The notes under the pieces are model-generated. The model was given only the letters and a program-made list of their open reading frames with translations, was not told where the DNA came from and did not search any database. From an uncultured Armatimonadetes bacterium (GTDB lineage: Bacteria; Armatimonadota; Hebobacteria; Hebobacterales; Hebobacteraceae): a stretch of 64,000 nt of DNA. Positions 53,786 through 63,830 of this stretch are shown here, piece by piece. The stretch lies in NCBI GenBank assembly GCA_963716175.1, contig OY970296.1, forward strand, positions 3,136,001-3,200,000. Direction: 5' to 3'. How positions within the stretch are numbered: position 1 is the first letter of the stretch; every line of letters begins with the position of its first letter. Both the position numbers and the translations under genes were made by a program.

Positions 53786-54370
53786 GTGGAGACGCTCCGC
53801 ATTGTCGTGGCGGACGACGAGGAGGCGGTTCGCGCTACCCTGGTAGAGCTGGCCAGTGCCCTCAACCACCAGGTGGTAGGGGAGGCAAGAGATGGCCAGG
53901 AGGCGGTAGCCCTGGCCCGGACCACCTCCCCGGACCTCATCCTGTTGGACATCCGCATGCCTCACCTCGATGGCCTGCAAGCGGCCCACGCCATCAGCGA
54001 AGAGCGACCCGTTCCCATCATCATCGTCACCGCCCATGCCGACCAGGACTTGATAGAGGAGGCGGCCGAGGCCGGTGTGTTCAGCTACCTGCTCAAGCCC
54101 ATCACGCAGCAGCGGCTGGCCGCCGCCATCTCCACCGCCCGCGCCCGCTTCGCCGATCTCCAGCTCCTGCGGTCTGAGGTAGGCGACCTGAAGGGCGCGC
54201 TCGAGGCGCGCAAACTGGTGGAGCGAGCGAAAGGCATCTTGATGCGGGACCTGCGGGTGGGCGAGCAGGAAGCCTATCGCTGGCTCAAGCGCACCAGCAG
54301 CCATCACAACCAGAAGCTCGCCGATATCGCTCGCCGCATCGTCGCCCTGGAGCAGCAGCACCCGCGCTGA
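53786..54370 (+). CDS. REC-ANTAR response regulator (PdtaR/AmiR/NasT type)
   Basis: DDE, LLDIRMP, LKP; RKLVERAKGILM..EAY. Confidence 0.93.
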   Translation: METLRIVVADDEEAVRATLVELASALNHQVVGEARDGQEAVALARTTSPDLILLDIRMPHLDGLQAAHAISEERPVPIIIVTAHADQDLIEEAAEAGVFSYLLKPITQQRLAAAISTARARFADLQLLRSEVGDLKGALEARKLVERAKGILMRDLRVGEQEAYRWLKRTSSHHNQKLADIARRIVALEQQHPR

Positions 54371-54456
54371 TACCGCCGGTCCCCGCCTCCTCAGCCCAGG
54401 CCGTGCCCTCCACAGCCGCAGCGCCGCTCCGCTCATGGCAGGCCCAGCCCAGGTTC

Positions 54457-54485
54457 TTGACGAGCGGCTCCCTCCGTGCTATGTT
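54457..54485 (+). promoter_or_regulatory. Promoter for prepilin-like gene 1
   Basis: TTGACG-N17-TATGTT with extended TG. Confidence 0.65.
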
Positions 54486-54695
54486 GTACCAGCCTGACAA
54501 AGACTGGTCCGGGCAGAGCATGAACGTGGACCGCGCGTGGTGGTTCGGTTCGCTTGATGTCTGGTGGCTCAGGCCTTAGACGAGGCGCGCTAGCTAGCGC
54601 GCCTCGTCTGCTTTGGCCGCTTGTCTGCGGTCGGGCCGGGAGAGGAGGTGAGAGAAGGGGATTGGCGCGCAGTATCAGGCCAGGCGTTGTCTGTT

Positions 54696-54771
54696 GGGCA
54701 GGAGCCCCTAGGCTGCCTGAGGCGGCCGGGGTGGCGGCCGGCGAAACAGGCTTAGCCACTTGCCTCCTGCC
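54696..54771 (+). repeat. Structured composite REP-like element, copy 2
   Basis: Homologous to 8780-8856. Confidence 0.7.
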
Positions 54772-54814
54772 GTGGGCGGATCGCTGTTCCAGGCGTGAGG
54801 AGGGAAGGGGAGGT

Positions 54815-55862
54815 ATGATCAAACAGAGGAAGGGCTTCACCCTGATCGAGTTGTTGGTAGTGATCGCGATCATCGCGATCTTGGCGGCGATGCTGTTCCC
54901 CGTGTTCGCACGCGCGCGAGTCGGCGCGCAAGATTCAGTGCCTGTCCAATGTGAAGAACATCGCCATGGCCATCCAGATGTACCTGGCGGACTTCGACCA
55001 GTTCTTCCCGCTCGAGCACGACAGGGCCGCTGCGGACTTCTTCAACGCCTTTGGCGCCAGCCAGGGTCGCTACGACGAGGCCTGGCCGAGCGTGTGCAAC
55101 CATGCTCGCCAGGCGAATCCCTACCTGCGGGAGCCGGTCGTCCTGGATGAGTACACCAGGAACCGTCAGGTGTGGCAGTGCCCGAGTGCGAAGCTGGAGT
55201 ACGGCCCAGGTTACATCTGCCCTATGGGCCGTGGGGGCTGGTGGGTCAACAATTACATTGACCACCCGAACTTCTATGATGACTGGATGGCTCCGCCCTG
55301 CACGATCGCCTACCCCACAGGTTGGGGCGGCAGCGTCACCGACTCCTTCGTGCAAGGAATGTGTCAAGACGCCGAGGCGGGCGGGTTAACCGCCACCGCG
55401 AAGGAGAGTATGTTCGCCGAATCCATCGGGATCAACGACAACATGCACTGGTCGAAGCCCGCTACTGTGAGCGATGCCGCCCACTATATCACGTGCGGCG
55501 AGTGTGGCTCGGGCGGTCTGTGGGGATCGCACTTCCTGGCCTACCCGGATCTGTGTTATGGATCGTCTCCCTGCGGCCTGCCGGACTGTCCTGAGGCCTG
55601 CACCGCAGATTGGGTCAACTGCGCGTGGACCCAGGCCTGCGGGCTGGACACTGAGCATAAGTGGATGTTCTATAGCGACGCGAACTTTCGCAAACAGTAC
55701 ACCCGGCATCTGGGCGGATCCAACGTTGGCTTCCTGGATGGGCACGCGAGGTGGTATCCCGCGGAGACGATCATCTTCCAGAATGGGCCATACGACTGCA
55801 CAGTCTTCGAGGGCCTGGCAACCGGGTGCTGCTGGTATCCGTTGCCGCCGCAGTGCCAGTAG
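54815..55862 (+). CDS. Prepilin-type N-terminal cleavage / H-X9-DG protein 1, frameshifted near 54915
   Basis: MIKQRKG|[27 protein letters not shown]; C-terminal HLGGSNVGFLDGH. Confidence 0.9.
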
Positions 55863-55892
55863 GCGCTCTGTGCGAACAGTGACGCAGGCAAG

Positions 55893-55923
55893 CGAGCGGG
55901 GTCCGCTGCGGCGGGCCCCGCTC
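55893..55923. terminator. Hairpin between convergent genes
   Basis: GAGCGGGGTCCGC-TGCG-GCGGGCCCCGCTC. Confidence 0.6.
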
Positions 55924-55929
55924 TGTCCT

Positions 55930-56811
55930 TCAGGCCTCTACCGCGGCCTTCCTGCGTTCCCGATACTGGGCTGGGGTGCAGGCGTACTGCTTGACGAAAA
56001 CTCGGTGCAGGTGGCTGTCGTCCACGAAGCCGGCCTCGGCCGCGATCGCGGCCACGGAGCGGTCGGTGTTGAGCAGGCGGTGAGTGGCATAGGATAGGCG
56101 CGCCCGCAGGCCGAAGGCCCCGAAGCTGACCCCCATGGTGTGGCGGAACAAGTCCTGGAAACGCGATCCACTGAGCCTACAGGCCGCTGCCGCCTCCGTC
56201 ACTTCCACCCTGCGCCAAGGCAGGGAATGAACCAGATTGAGGGCCGGCATCAGGCGTGCCAGACTGCTGAGGCGAACCGGTCCGGGCGTCCTGGGCAGCC
56301 TGCTCAGGTCCCAACCGCGGTGCAGCTCGATCAGCAGGCGCAGCAACTCCAGCCGCACCGCGCTTTGCCAGTGCGGCCGCGCCTCCTCGATCTCCCCGCG
56401 CAGCACCTGCCCAATCGCCAGCACCCGCCTGCGCATTTCGGGGGAAGTCACCCGCGGCCGCTGGGCTGGAGGCACCGAGAACAGGGTCAGCCACGGCACC
56501 TCCCCCACCAGCTCCTCTCCGATGAACTCGGGGGCGAAGAGCAGGACCAGGTTGCGAGTACCCGCCGATTTCGCGAACCCGTGGGGCTCCCTGGTGCCGC
56601 AGAGCCACACGTCGCCCGGCCTGCAGGTGAGCTGGTGGTCGCTGAACTCGATCCGCTCCTCTCCAGCCAGCAGCAGGCCCACTTCGACCTCAGAGTGGAG
56701 GTGAATGTCTAGGGGAAGCGGATGCTCGGTGAAGATCGCCTCGGCGTACAGCCCGCGCGCGCCGACCAAAGGTTGCCCCTGCCTGGGCGAAGCGAACGAG
56801 TATTCAGGCAC
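55930..56811 (-). CDS. AraC family regulator with cupin sensor domain
   Basis: HLHSEVE; IAAEAGFVDDSHLHRVF..TPAQYR. Confidence 0.93.
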   Translation of the reverse strand: MPEYSFASPRQGQPLVGARGLYAEAIFTEHPLPLDIHLHSEVEVGLLLAGEERIEFSDHQLTCRPGDVWLCGTREPHGFAKSAGTRNLVLLFAPEFIGEELVGEVPWLTLFSVPPAQRPRVTSPEMRRRVLAIGQVLRGEIEEARPHWQSAVRLELLRLLIELHRGWDLSRLPRTPGPVRLSSLARLMPALNLVHSLPWRRVEVTEAAAACRLSGSRFQDLFRHTMGVSFGAFGLRARLSYATHRLLNTDRSVAAIAAEAGFVDDSHLHRVFVKQYACTPAQYRERRKAAVEA

Positions 56812-56835
56812 TTCACCTCTCCGACGGCACTACCA

Positions 56836-56894
56836 GGCTGTACCAGAACCCAGCCGAGTGCGGTGTCTCGTCGCCCGGCAACGTTGATGCAGCC
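56836..56894. mobile_element. MITE-like element, relative of 12056-12115
   Basis: GGCTGTACCA...TTGATGCAGCC. Confidence 0.5.
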
Positions 56895-57102
56895 CGACTG
56901 AGAGCTTCACCAGGCTCCACCAGAGCAGTAGGATAGTACAGGAAATCCGTATGTTTGTACAGCCTGAAATGAGGTCCGGGGTGGTAACATGGGCGAGCGG
57001 CATCGAGATGGAGCGTGCCTGACCGAAAGGAGGTGATGGGAGCAGCGCTGCCTTGCAGTGCAGTCTCAAGCAGACGGGCGATGTCTGCGAGGAGGTAGTG
57101 CC

Positions 57103-58155
57103 GTGAGCAAGCGACGGAAGGGCTTCACCCTGATCGAGTTGTTGGTGGTGATCGCGATCATTGCGATCCTGGCGGCAATGCTGTTCCCCGTGTTCGCGCG
57201 GGCGCGGGAATCGGCCCGCAAGATCCAGTGCATGTCCAATGTCAAGAACATCGCCATCGCGGTGCAGATGTACCTCACCGACTATGACAAGTTCCCTGGC
57301 GGTGAGCACGCCGCAGACGCCGAAGCCTACTTCGTGAATGCCCCTGGCGGCGGGCAGGACGCCCCCAGGGAGGACTGCAACCACAAGACTCATGCCAACC
57401 CCTACCTGCGGTGGCCGGTGGTTTTCGACGAGTACGTGAAGAACCGGGATGTCTGGCGCTGTCCCAGCGCCAAGCTGGTGAAGGGCGTTACGGTTGTCAT
57501 CACCGCCCAGCCGGGCTGGCTCCAGTACTGGCAGAACCACGAGGGCCTATGGGGCCGCAGCTCTGACTGCAATGGCGGCGGCCCTTGCGGGGTAGCCTGG
57601 CCCACCGGCTGGGGCGGGAGCATCACCGACTCTATCGTGCAGGGAAGATGCGCCACCGCCGATACCGGTACTTTCGAGCAGAGCATCGGGACCGCTACCG
57701 GTCTGGCGGACATGAAGACCTCTCAGATAGACGATCCCTCCTGGACCGTGATCTGTGGTGATGCCGGCGGCCAGGTGGAGATCTCCAGCCCCACCATGCT
57801 CGCCTTCCCGGATGTCTGCGCGCTGAATGGCTGCGGCACTTGCTGCTACAGCCAGCCGGCCGAGATCGGCTGCTGCGCGGGAGACTGGGCCAACTGCCCC
57901 CTCTCTCCGGAGCAATCCTGCCTGGACTACAACCTGAAGCTCAAGTTCTGGACCGATCCCAATCTCCGCAAGCCGTTCGCTCGCCACCTGGGCGGCGTCA
58001 ACGCCGGCTTCGCCGACGGCCACGCCAGTTGGATGGCGTCTGACGCGATCATTGCCAACGCGCCCAGCTCGAACGACTCCAGCGCTGGCAAGATTCGCGG
58101 CATCGGGTGCGCCTGTCTTCCTCCGCCGCCCGGACAGCTGGGCCCGAACCAGTAG
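57103..58155 (+). CDS. Prepilin-type N-terminal cleavage / H-X9-DG protein 2
   Basis: GGAGG RBS; MSKRRKG|[13 protein letters not shown]; [13 protein letters not shown]. Confidence 0.93.
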   Translation: MSKRRKGFTLIELLVVIAIIAILAAMLFPVFARARESARKIQCMSNVKNIAIAVQMYLTDYDKFPGGEHAADAEAYFVNAPGGGQDAPREDCNHKTHANPYLRWPVVFDEYVKNRDVWRCPSAKLVKGVTVVITAQPGWLQYWQNHEGLWGRSSDCNGGGPCGVAWPTGWGGSITDSIVQGRCATADTGTFEQSIGTATGLADMKTSQIDDPSWTVICGDAGGQVEISSPTMLAFPDVCALNGCGTCCYSQPAEIGCCAGDWANCPLSPEQSCLDYNLKLKFWTDPNLRKPFARHLGGVNAGFADGHASWMASDAIIANAPSSNDSSAGKIRGIGCACLPPPPGQLGPNQ

Positions 58156-58186
58156 ACGAGCTGCAGAGTACGTAACTTAACGAATG

Positions 58187-58214
58187 GGCGGAGTCCGCCT
58201 CGGCGGACTCCGCC
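58187..58214. terminator. Hairpin between convergent genes
   Basis: GGCGGAGTCCGCC-TC-GGCGGACTCCGCC. Confidence 0.6.
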
Positions 58215-58242
58215 GGTTTCCGTCTCCGCACCGGGAACCGTC

Positions 58243-59959
58243 TCAGGGAGCGAGCCGCGGCCGAAGTCCTGTCTCCAGCGCGGGTGGAGGGTGGTTCGCC
58301 ACCGCCACGTAATCGCCGCGCTCTGCCAGCACCGACAGGCCGGGCAAGGACTGCTTGAGCGCCGGCACGAATCTCCGGTGGGTGAGGGCGCAGGCCGGGG
58401 TGGGGGAGGAGAGAAACCGCACTAGCCCCGCGAACTCGCCTTCCGTCTCTCCCAGGTCCACGATCGGTCGCCCCAGGTAGAAAACTGTGGCATTCCGCTT
58501 CGCGTAGTAGATCCCGACTGGCTCCGATGACGGCAGCGCGCTCGCCAGCAGCAGCGCCAGCTCTTTCCGGGGCTGCGCCTGGATCATCGCCCGCCGCGGC
58601 ACGAACCAGCCGACGTTCACCATCCCCGCTAGGAGCATGGCGCCCGCCAGCGCGGGCGCCACTACTACCCGGCGGAGTGGCGCCGCCACCGCAGCCACCA
58701 GTGAACCCGCGCCGATCGCCGCCAGCATCACCACTGGCGACCAGCCTGGCGTCCAGTCCCCGTACCTGGCTAGCGCCTGGTGCAGCCAGGGTGGCATGAG
58801 GGCCGCAATCACGGCGCCCGCGCCGCAGAGCGTGCCCACTATGCCGAGGGTGGCGAAGCCGGCCGCCGCCCAACCTCGACTCAGAGTGTGTCCCGCCAGC
58901 CACTCGTCCAACCAGGCGCCCACCAGGAGGGCCAGGGCGGGGAAGGCCGGCGCCAGGTAGTGGGCCAGCTTGGACTGTGGCAGGGAGAAGATGACCAGCA
59001 CCGCCAGGCTCCACCAGGCCGCCAGCCGCAGCACGTGGCCGCGATCGGGCTGGCGGAACGCGTGCACCAGAGCCGCCGGCAGGAACGCCACCCAGGGGTA
59101 GAAGTAGATCGCCAGATACATCAGGTTGCCCCATGCGGGCTGAGTGCGGGCCAGCTCCCCCTGGAGGTGGCCGAAGTGCTCTCCCAGGAAGAAGGTGGCG
59201 AAGAACCGGGGCTGGTGGACCAGCTCGTATCCATACCAGGGCCCCGCCACCGCCAGCATCAGCGCCGTCCCGGACAGGAGGCGCGCCTGCGCGAGCACCG
59301 TTCTCAGCCGTCCTGCCGCCGCCAGGTAGGCCAGGGCGCCACACATCACGACCGCCACCGGCACCGGCCCTTTCGCCAACAGCGCCAGGCCCAGCAGCGC
59401 GTAGCCCGCGAGATAGCGCCACCGGTTTCGATGCGGCGGCGCCTGCGTGGCAAGATAGAACAGGAAGAAGCGCGGCCGTGAGCGCCGCGGTGAGGGGAAT
59501 GTCAATCGAGGCCTCCCGGGAGATGTCCATCCACATATAGCACAGCCCCAGCGCCAGCCCCGCCAGGAAGCCCGCCCGCCGGGTCAAGGTGCGCGCGCCG
59601 AACCAGTAGGTGAGCACCACAACCACCACGCCCCAGAAGGCTGATCCCAACCGCGCGGCGAACTCAGTAGGGCCGAACAGGCGGAGAGCGGCCGCCATCA
59701 GCCAGTAGATGAGAATCGGTTTCAGCAGGAAGGGCTGCCCATTGAAATAGGGAGTGCCGAGGTCGCCTCTGGCCAGCATCTCGCGGGCCCCCGCGGCGTA
59801 GTAGGCTTCGTCGAAGTCCTTCAGCGGTGTGAGCCCCAGGCGCCAAGAGTAGAGAGCGCCGCACGCCACCAGGAGGATCAGAGGGCATAGCATGCGGCGC
59901 CAATCGCGCTTCCTGCCGAGAGATAGCTTGGTAAGGCAGTCTCCGCTCGCCGATGCCAT
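58243..59959 (-). CDS. ArnT/GT83-like lipid-carrier glycosyltransferase, frameshifted near 59470
   Basis: DEAYY..REM, KPILIYW, LAKGP, SKLAHY..P. Confidence 0.88.
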
Positions 59960-60133
59960 GGCCTTATCGTTCGTATATCCGTGCTGCTATGAGATAGGAA
60001 ACCGGCCCCGCCCGACCATGCCATGACCCTATCATTCGTATATCCCATCTACAATGAGATAGGAAACCGGCCCCGCCCGACCATGTCATGACCCTATCAT
60101 TCGTATATCCCATCTACAATGAGATAGGGAACC
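59953..60133 (+). repeat. 65-bp tandem repeat (~2.7 copies) containing the start of the GT2 gene
   Basis: ATGAGATAGG at 59989, 60054 and 60119. Confidence 0.9.
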
Positions 60134-61649
60134 TGCCTCGCCTTCTGCCCGAGACCGGCCGCATCGCCGCCGGCCTGGTGTCAGACTATGAGGTGGTGCT
60201 GGTCAATGACGGCAGCACGGACGGCAGTGGCGCTCTCATAGACCGGCTGGCCGCCGAGTTCCCCCACGTGCGCGCCTGCCACCACACTCGCAATCGCGGC
60301 CTGGGAGCGGCCGTCGTCACCGGCCTCTGCCAGAGCAGCAAAGAGCTAGTTCTCTACATGGACTCCGATTTCCCTGTCAGCGCCGAGGAGGCGCGGGAGG
60401 CCATTCGCCGGTTCACCCCGGACTGCGATCTCCTCATCGGCTACCGGGTGGGGCGGGCTGAAGGCCCCCGCCGGGAGCTGATGTCCTGGACCTACAATCG
60501 CCTCATCCGCTGGACCTTCGGCCTGCGGGTGCGCGATGTCAACTTCGCCTTCAAGCTCATCCGCCGCTCCCTGCTCCAGCAGATGCGGCTGCGCTCCGAG
60601 GGTTCGTTCATTGACGCCGAGTTGCTGCTGGAGGCCAGTCGCCTGGGGGGCCGCATCCAGGAAGTTGGGCTTCGCTATCACCCCCGGGTGGCGGGCGTTT
60701 CCACCGCGGCCAGCAGCCGCGTGGTGGTGCGCATTCTGGGCGAGGCGTTGCGCTACTGGGGCCGCCAGCGGGCCGGGGCCCTGGGTCCTGCTGGCGTGAT
60801 CATCAACGCCGACGACTTCGGCCTCTGCGCCGCCGTCAACCAGGGTGTGGTGCAGGCCTTCGACCATGGGGTAGTGACCAGCGTCAGCATCCTGCCTACA
60901 GGCGAGGCCTTCGCGCAGGCCGCCGAACTGGCGCGCTCTCGGCCAAGCCTCGACCTGGGGGTGCACCTCGCCCTCACCCAGACCAGGCCCCTCTCCCCGC
61001 CGGAGGCCGTGCCTTCTCTGGTCAACAGCCGGGGTGAGTTCGCGCCGAGCTGGCCTGCTTTTGTCGCTCGCTACCTAAGGGGAGGAGTCCGCAGGGACGA
61101 GATCGAGGCCGAGCTGCGCGCGCGCAGATCGAGCGCAGCTATCAGGCCGGGCTGAGTGTCTCCCACCTGGATAGCCATCAGCACCTGCACGTGCTCCCTG
61201 GCATCCTGCCGTTGGTGACCAAGCTGGCGGCCGAGTACGGCATCGGCGCCCTGCGCTATCCCTGCCAGAGGCGGAGATGGGCGGCCATCGGCGGGCCGGG
61301 CCGCCTTCGCCGGCAAGTGGAAGGGAGAGCGTTGGCCGCGGTCTGCCGCCTGGGGGCGACTCGCCTGAGATCGAACGGTCTGCTACTCACCGACGATTTC
61401 CGGGGCTTCGGCGAGGCTGGGGCCTGGGACCGGGAGAGCCTCTCGCGCGCCGTCGCCAGCCTCGACGCGGGTCTCACCGAGATCTGCTGCCACCCGGGCG
61501 CCGATGACCGCATCGCCCATCGCTTCCCCTGGGGCTACCGCTGGGAGCAGGAGCTGGCCGCTCTTACCAGCCTGGAGGTAGCCACCGCGGTGGCCGCCAG
61601 CGGAGTGACGCTCACCAGCTTTCGCGACCTGCTGGCCAGAGGACGCTGA
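60088..61649 (+). CDS. GT2 polyprenol-phosphate glycosyltransferase fused to YdjC/ChbG/HpnK deacetylase, frameshifted near 61120
   Basis: PIYNE, NDGSTD, MDSD; then NADDFG, LGVHL, HLDSHQHLH, CHPG. Confidence 0.88.
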
Positions 61650-61725
61650 CCCCCGCTGCTCGCCCCCTCGCCCCGGAGTCCCAGGGGCCTTGTCACAGGC
61701 CAGGCAGGCGCCTCAGCTACCTCAG

Positions 61726-62688
61726 CTACCTCAGCTCAGTGTCTGCGCCCATCTCGAGATTCACCTTCGCCTGAGCGCCGGCGGGGGTGGGGGCTACCAT
61801 CTCCATCGAGACCGCGACCAGCTCCTTCACCCTACGCCCGGCCTGATAGTCGAACCACGTCGTCACCTGGGTGCGGCCCGACTCTCGCAAGGCGGGGGAT
61901 TCCGCCTGCTCCGGCCCCATCGGCATGCTCAACTTCCAGGGCGCCACGGCCTCGATCTTCGCGCACTCGACTCCGTTGATGGTCTCAAAGCCGACCAGCG
62001 TGGAGGTGGTCTGCACCGGGAACTTCAGGTGGGCCAGCTGCTCCTTCGCCTCCGCCGGCATGGGCGCGCCCAGCATCTCCGCGATCGCCGCCGGATCTAC
62101 CATCATCTTCCACTCCCAGGATTCGCCCACCGACACTGACTTGTCCGGGTACAGCGGCTGGCCAAAGGCCTTGACCGCCTTGTCCAGCAGCTCCCCCAGG
62201 TTGATCTTCTGCCCGCCGGGGCCGGGTATGGGTGGCAGCAGCTTGTCCAGCCCCGTGATCGCCACCGGCTTGCCCCGCTTGCTTATCACCATCTCGATGG
62301 GAAGCGCGGGGAGCTTGATCAGTTGCGGCGGGCCCCCGCCGGGGCCCTGAATGGCCACCTGCACGTGCAAATCGGCCACGTCGAGCTTGACATCGAAGGA
62401 CTCGATCTGAGTCCCCATCGTCAGGTCCCCGTTCTCGGCCACACTTGTCACCCGCTCCAGGGTCATCGCCCTTCCCTCGAGCCGTGGGCTCACGACGAGG
62501 TTCGACTCCTGAGCCAGCGGCACGGCGATATCCATCGTCATGTTGAACTTGGACTCATAGCGGGAGGCGGTCCCCGGCGTACCCTTCAGCTCCAGTCTCA
62601 CCGATTCCGGCGCCGCCCATCCCGCCGCCACCACGGCTGCGAGCAGCACCCACATCAGCACTATCGCCAACCCTCGCCGCATCTGCAT
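61726..62688 (-). CDS. Secreted hypothetical protein
   Basis: Signal peptide; PDKSVSVGESW motif; GGAAGGAG RBS. Confidence 0.75.
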   Translation of the reverse strand: MQMRRGLAIVLMWVLLAAVVAAGWAAPESVRLELKGTPGTASRYESKFNMTMDIAVPLAQESNLVVSPRLEGRAMTLERVTSVAENGDLTMGTQIESFDVKLDVADLHVQVAIQGPGGGPPQLIKLPALPIEMVISKRGKPVAITGLDKLLPPIPGPGGQKINLGELLDKAVKAFGQPLYPDKSVSVGESWEWKMMVDPAAIAEMLGAPMPAEAKEQLAHLKFPVQTTSTLVGFETINGVECAKIEAVAPWKLSMPMGPEQAESPALRESGRTQVTTWFDYQAGRRVKELVAVSMEMVAPTPAGAQAKVNLEMGADTELR

Positions 62689-62714
62689 TCTCCTTCCAGT
62701 AGTTGCCTTCGCCC

Positions 62715-63278
62715 TTATTCCGACACCGACGGAGCAAACCCCTTGGCGATCCCTCGCATCCGCTCTGCCGCCGCCGCCATCTGCGCGGCATCCAGCAACC
62801 GCTCGATCATAGGGAAGACCAGCCTGTTCTCCTTCTCGATATGTCGCGTCAGGAGGTCGAGGCTGGCGCTCACCACCGCCTGCAGCCCTTCCGTGGAGTA
62901 ACCGTTGGAGCTTCCAGCCCGCCCCATGGCCCCGAGCAAGCTCATCATCTCGCGCATGCGACTGCGGAGCAGATGGTGGGCGCTCAGGTCATCATCCGCC
63001 GCCTCCCCAAAGAACTGAGACAGGATGTCAACCGCGGGCGCGCCCTCCGCCACTATCCTTCGCACCTCCGGGTACAGCCCCTCCTCCTCCTTGCGGAAAT
63101 GCAGCAGCAGGCGCTGTCGCATGGCCTCCAGTCGGGCCCGTATCTCTTTCTCTGCTTGCGGCCGGGCCTGCTTGGCCGCGGTCGCGCCTGCGGCCACCGC
63201 CGCCGCCAGCTCGCGCATGCAGGCCAGCCCGGCCTCGTGCTCTTCCCGCAGTTCCCCCGTCGCTGACTTCTCACTCAT
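62715..63278 (-). CDS. Hemerythrin-like (HHE) cation-binding protein
   Basis: EEH, HFRKEEEGLYP, HIEKENRLVFP. Confidence 0.88.
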   Translation of the reverse strand: MSEKSATGELREEHEAGLACMRELAAAVAAGATAAKQARPQAEKEIRARLEAMRQRLLLHFRKEEEGLYPEVRRIVAEGAPAVDILSQFFGEAADDDLSAHHLLRSRMREMMSLLGAMGRAGSSNGYSTEGLQAVVSASLDLLTRHIEKENRLVFPMIERLLDAAQMAAAAERMRGIAKGFAPSVSE

Positions 63279-63389
63279 CGCGCCAGCTCCCCTTGGCAAC
63301 ACCACGCAGCTTGCGCCCCGCCACACGGCCGCCGGGCAAGTCTCCTTTCCTGGGACTCTCTGCTAGTCCTGCTGGCATCTGACGCTCCA

Positions 63390-63458
63390 GACGCGAGACC
63401 GCCCGGCATCTCTGCCGGGCGGCAAGCCTGGATTCACCTTGATCCAGCTGTTGGTGGT
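63390..63458 (-). ncRNA. Candidate antisense sRNA 1 against FTLIELLVV coding sequence
   Basis: -10 TATCCT (63465-63470), seed ACCACCAACAGCTGGATCAAGGTGAA, 10-bp hairpin 63399-63422. Confidence 0.6.
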
Positions 63459-63594
63459 GAGAGTAGGATAGCCCGATTGTGTGTCGGGATCATTAACCCA
63501 ACCGCAAACTTCTGTGAGTTTTCCAGGCAGCATGGGGGTTCGGCCCCGCCGGTGGTCGCCGAAAGCACTGCCCCATGCCAGGCTGAGGGCGTCC

Positions 63595-63662
63595 CAAACG
63601 CGCAGCCGCCCGGCGTGTGCCGGGCGGCCACCGCACTTCACCCTGATCCAGCTGTTGCTGGT
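63595..63662 (-). ncRNA. Candidate antisense sRNA 2
   Basis: -10 TATGAT (63669-63674), seed ACCAGCAACAGCTGGATCAGGGTGAAG, 10-bp hairpin 63605-63628. Confidence 0.6.
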
Positions 63663-63830
63663 GCCATTATCATAGGCCACAGCCATGTCCGTACTGTGAA
63701 GGCAAGACCAACCTTCTGTGAGTTTTTGTGCCATTGAGGGCTAAGTACCATGTAGGATTTCGGTCACATGGCCGACATCCGTGACACAAATGGTAGTACG
63801 CAAACCTGTGGACCTGTGGTATATAGAGTC

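Noticed and set aside
59953-60133. CRISPR array (65-bp period)
   Set aside because: The whole unit is repeated with no unique spacers, and it encodes the GT2 N-terminus.
61711-61737. CCTCAGCTA x3 microrepeat at the gene end
   Set aside because: Short slippage duplication of the stop region with no coding consequence.
63433-63675. FTLIQLLVV segments as mini-pilin peptides or pseudogenes on the + strand
   Set aside because: There is no RBS/start with a short basic leader, Glu5 is Gln, and a stop follows within a few codons. Promoter and hairpin polarity fit the antisense strand. Not fully excluded.
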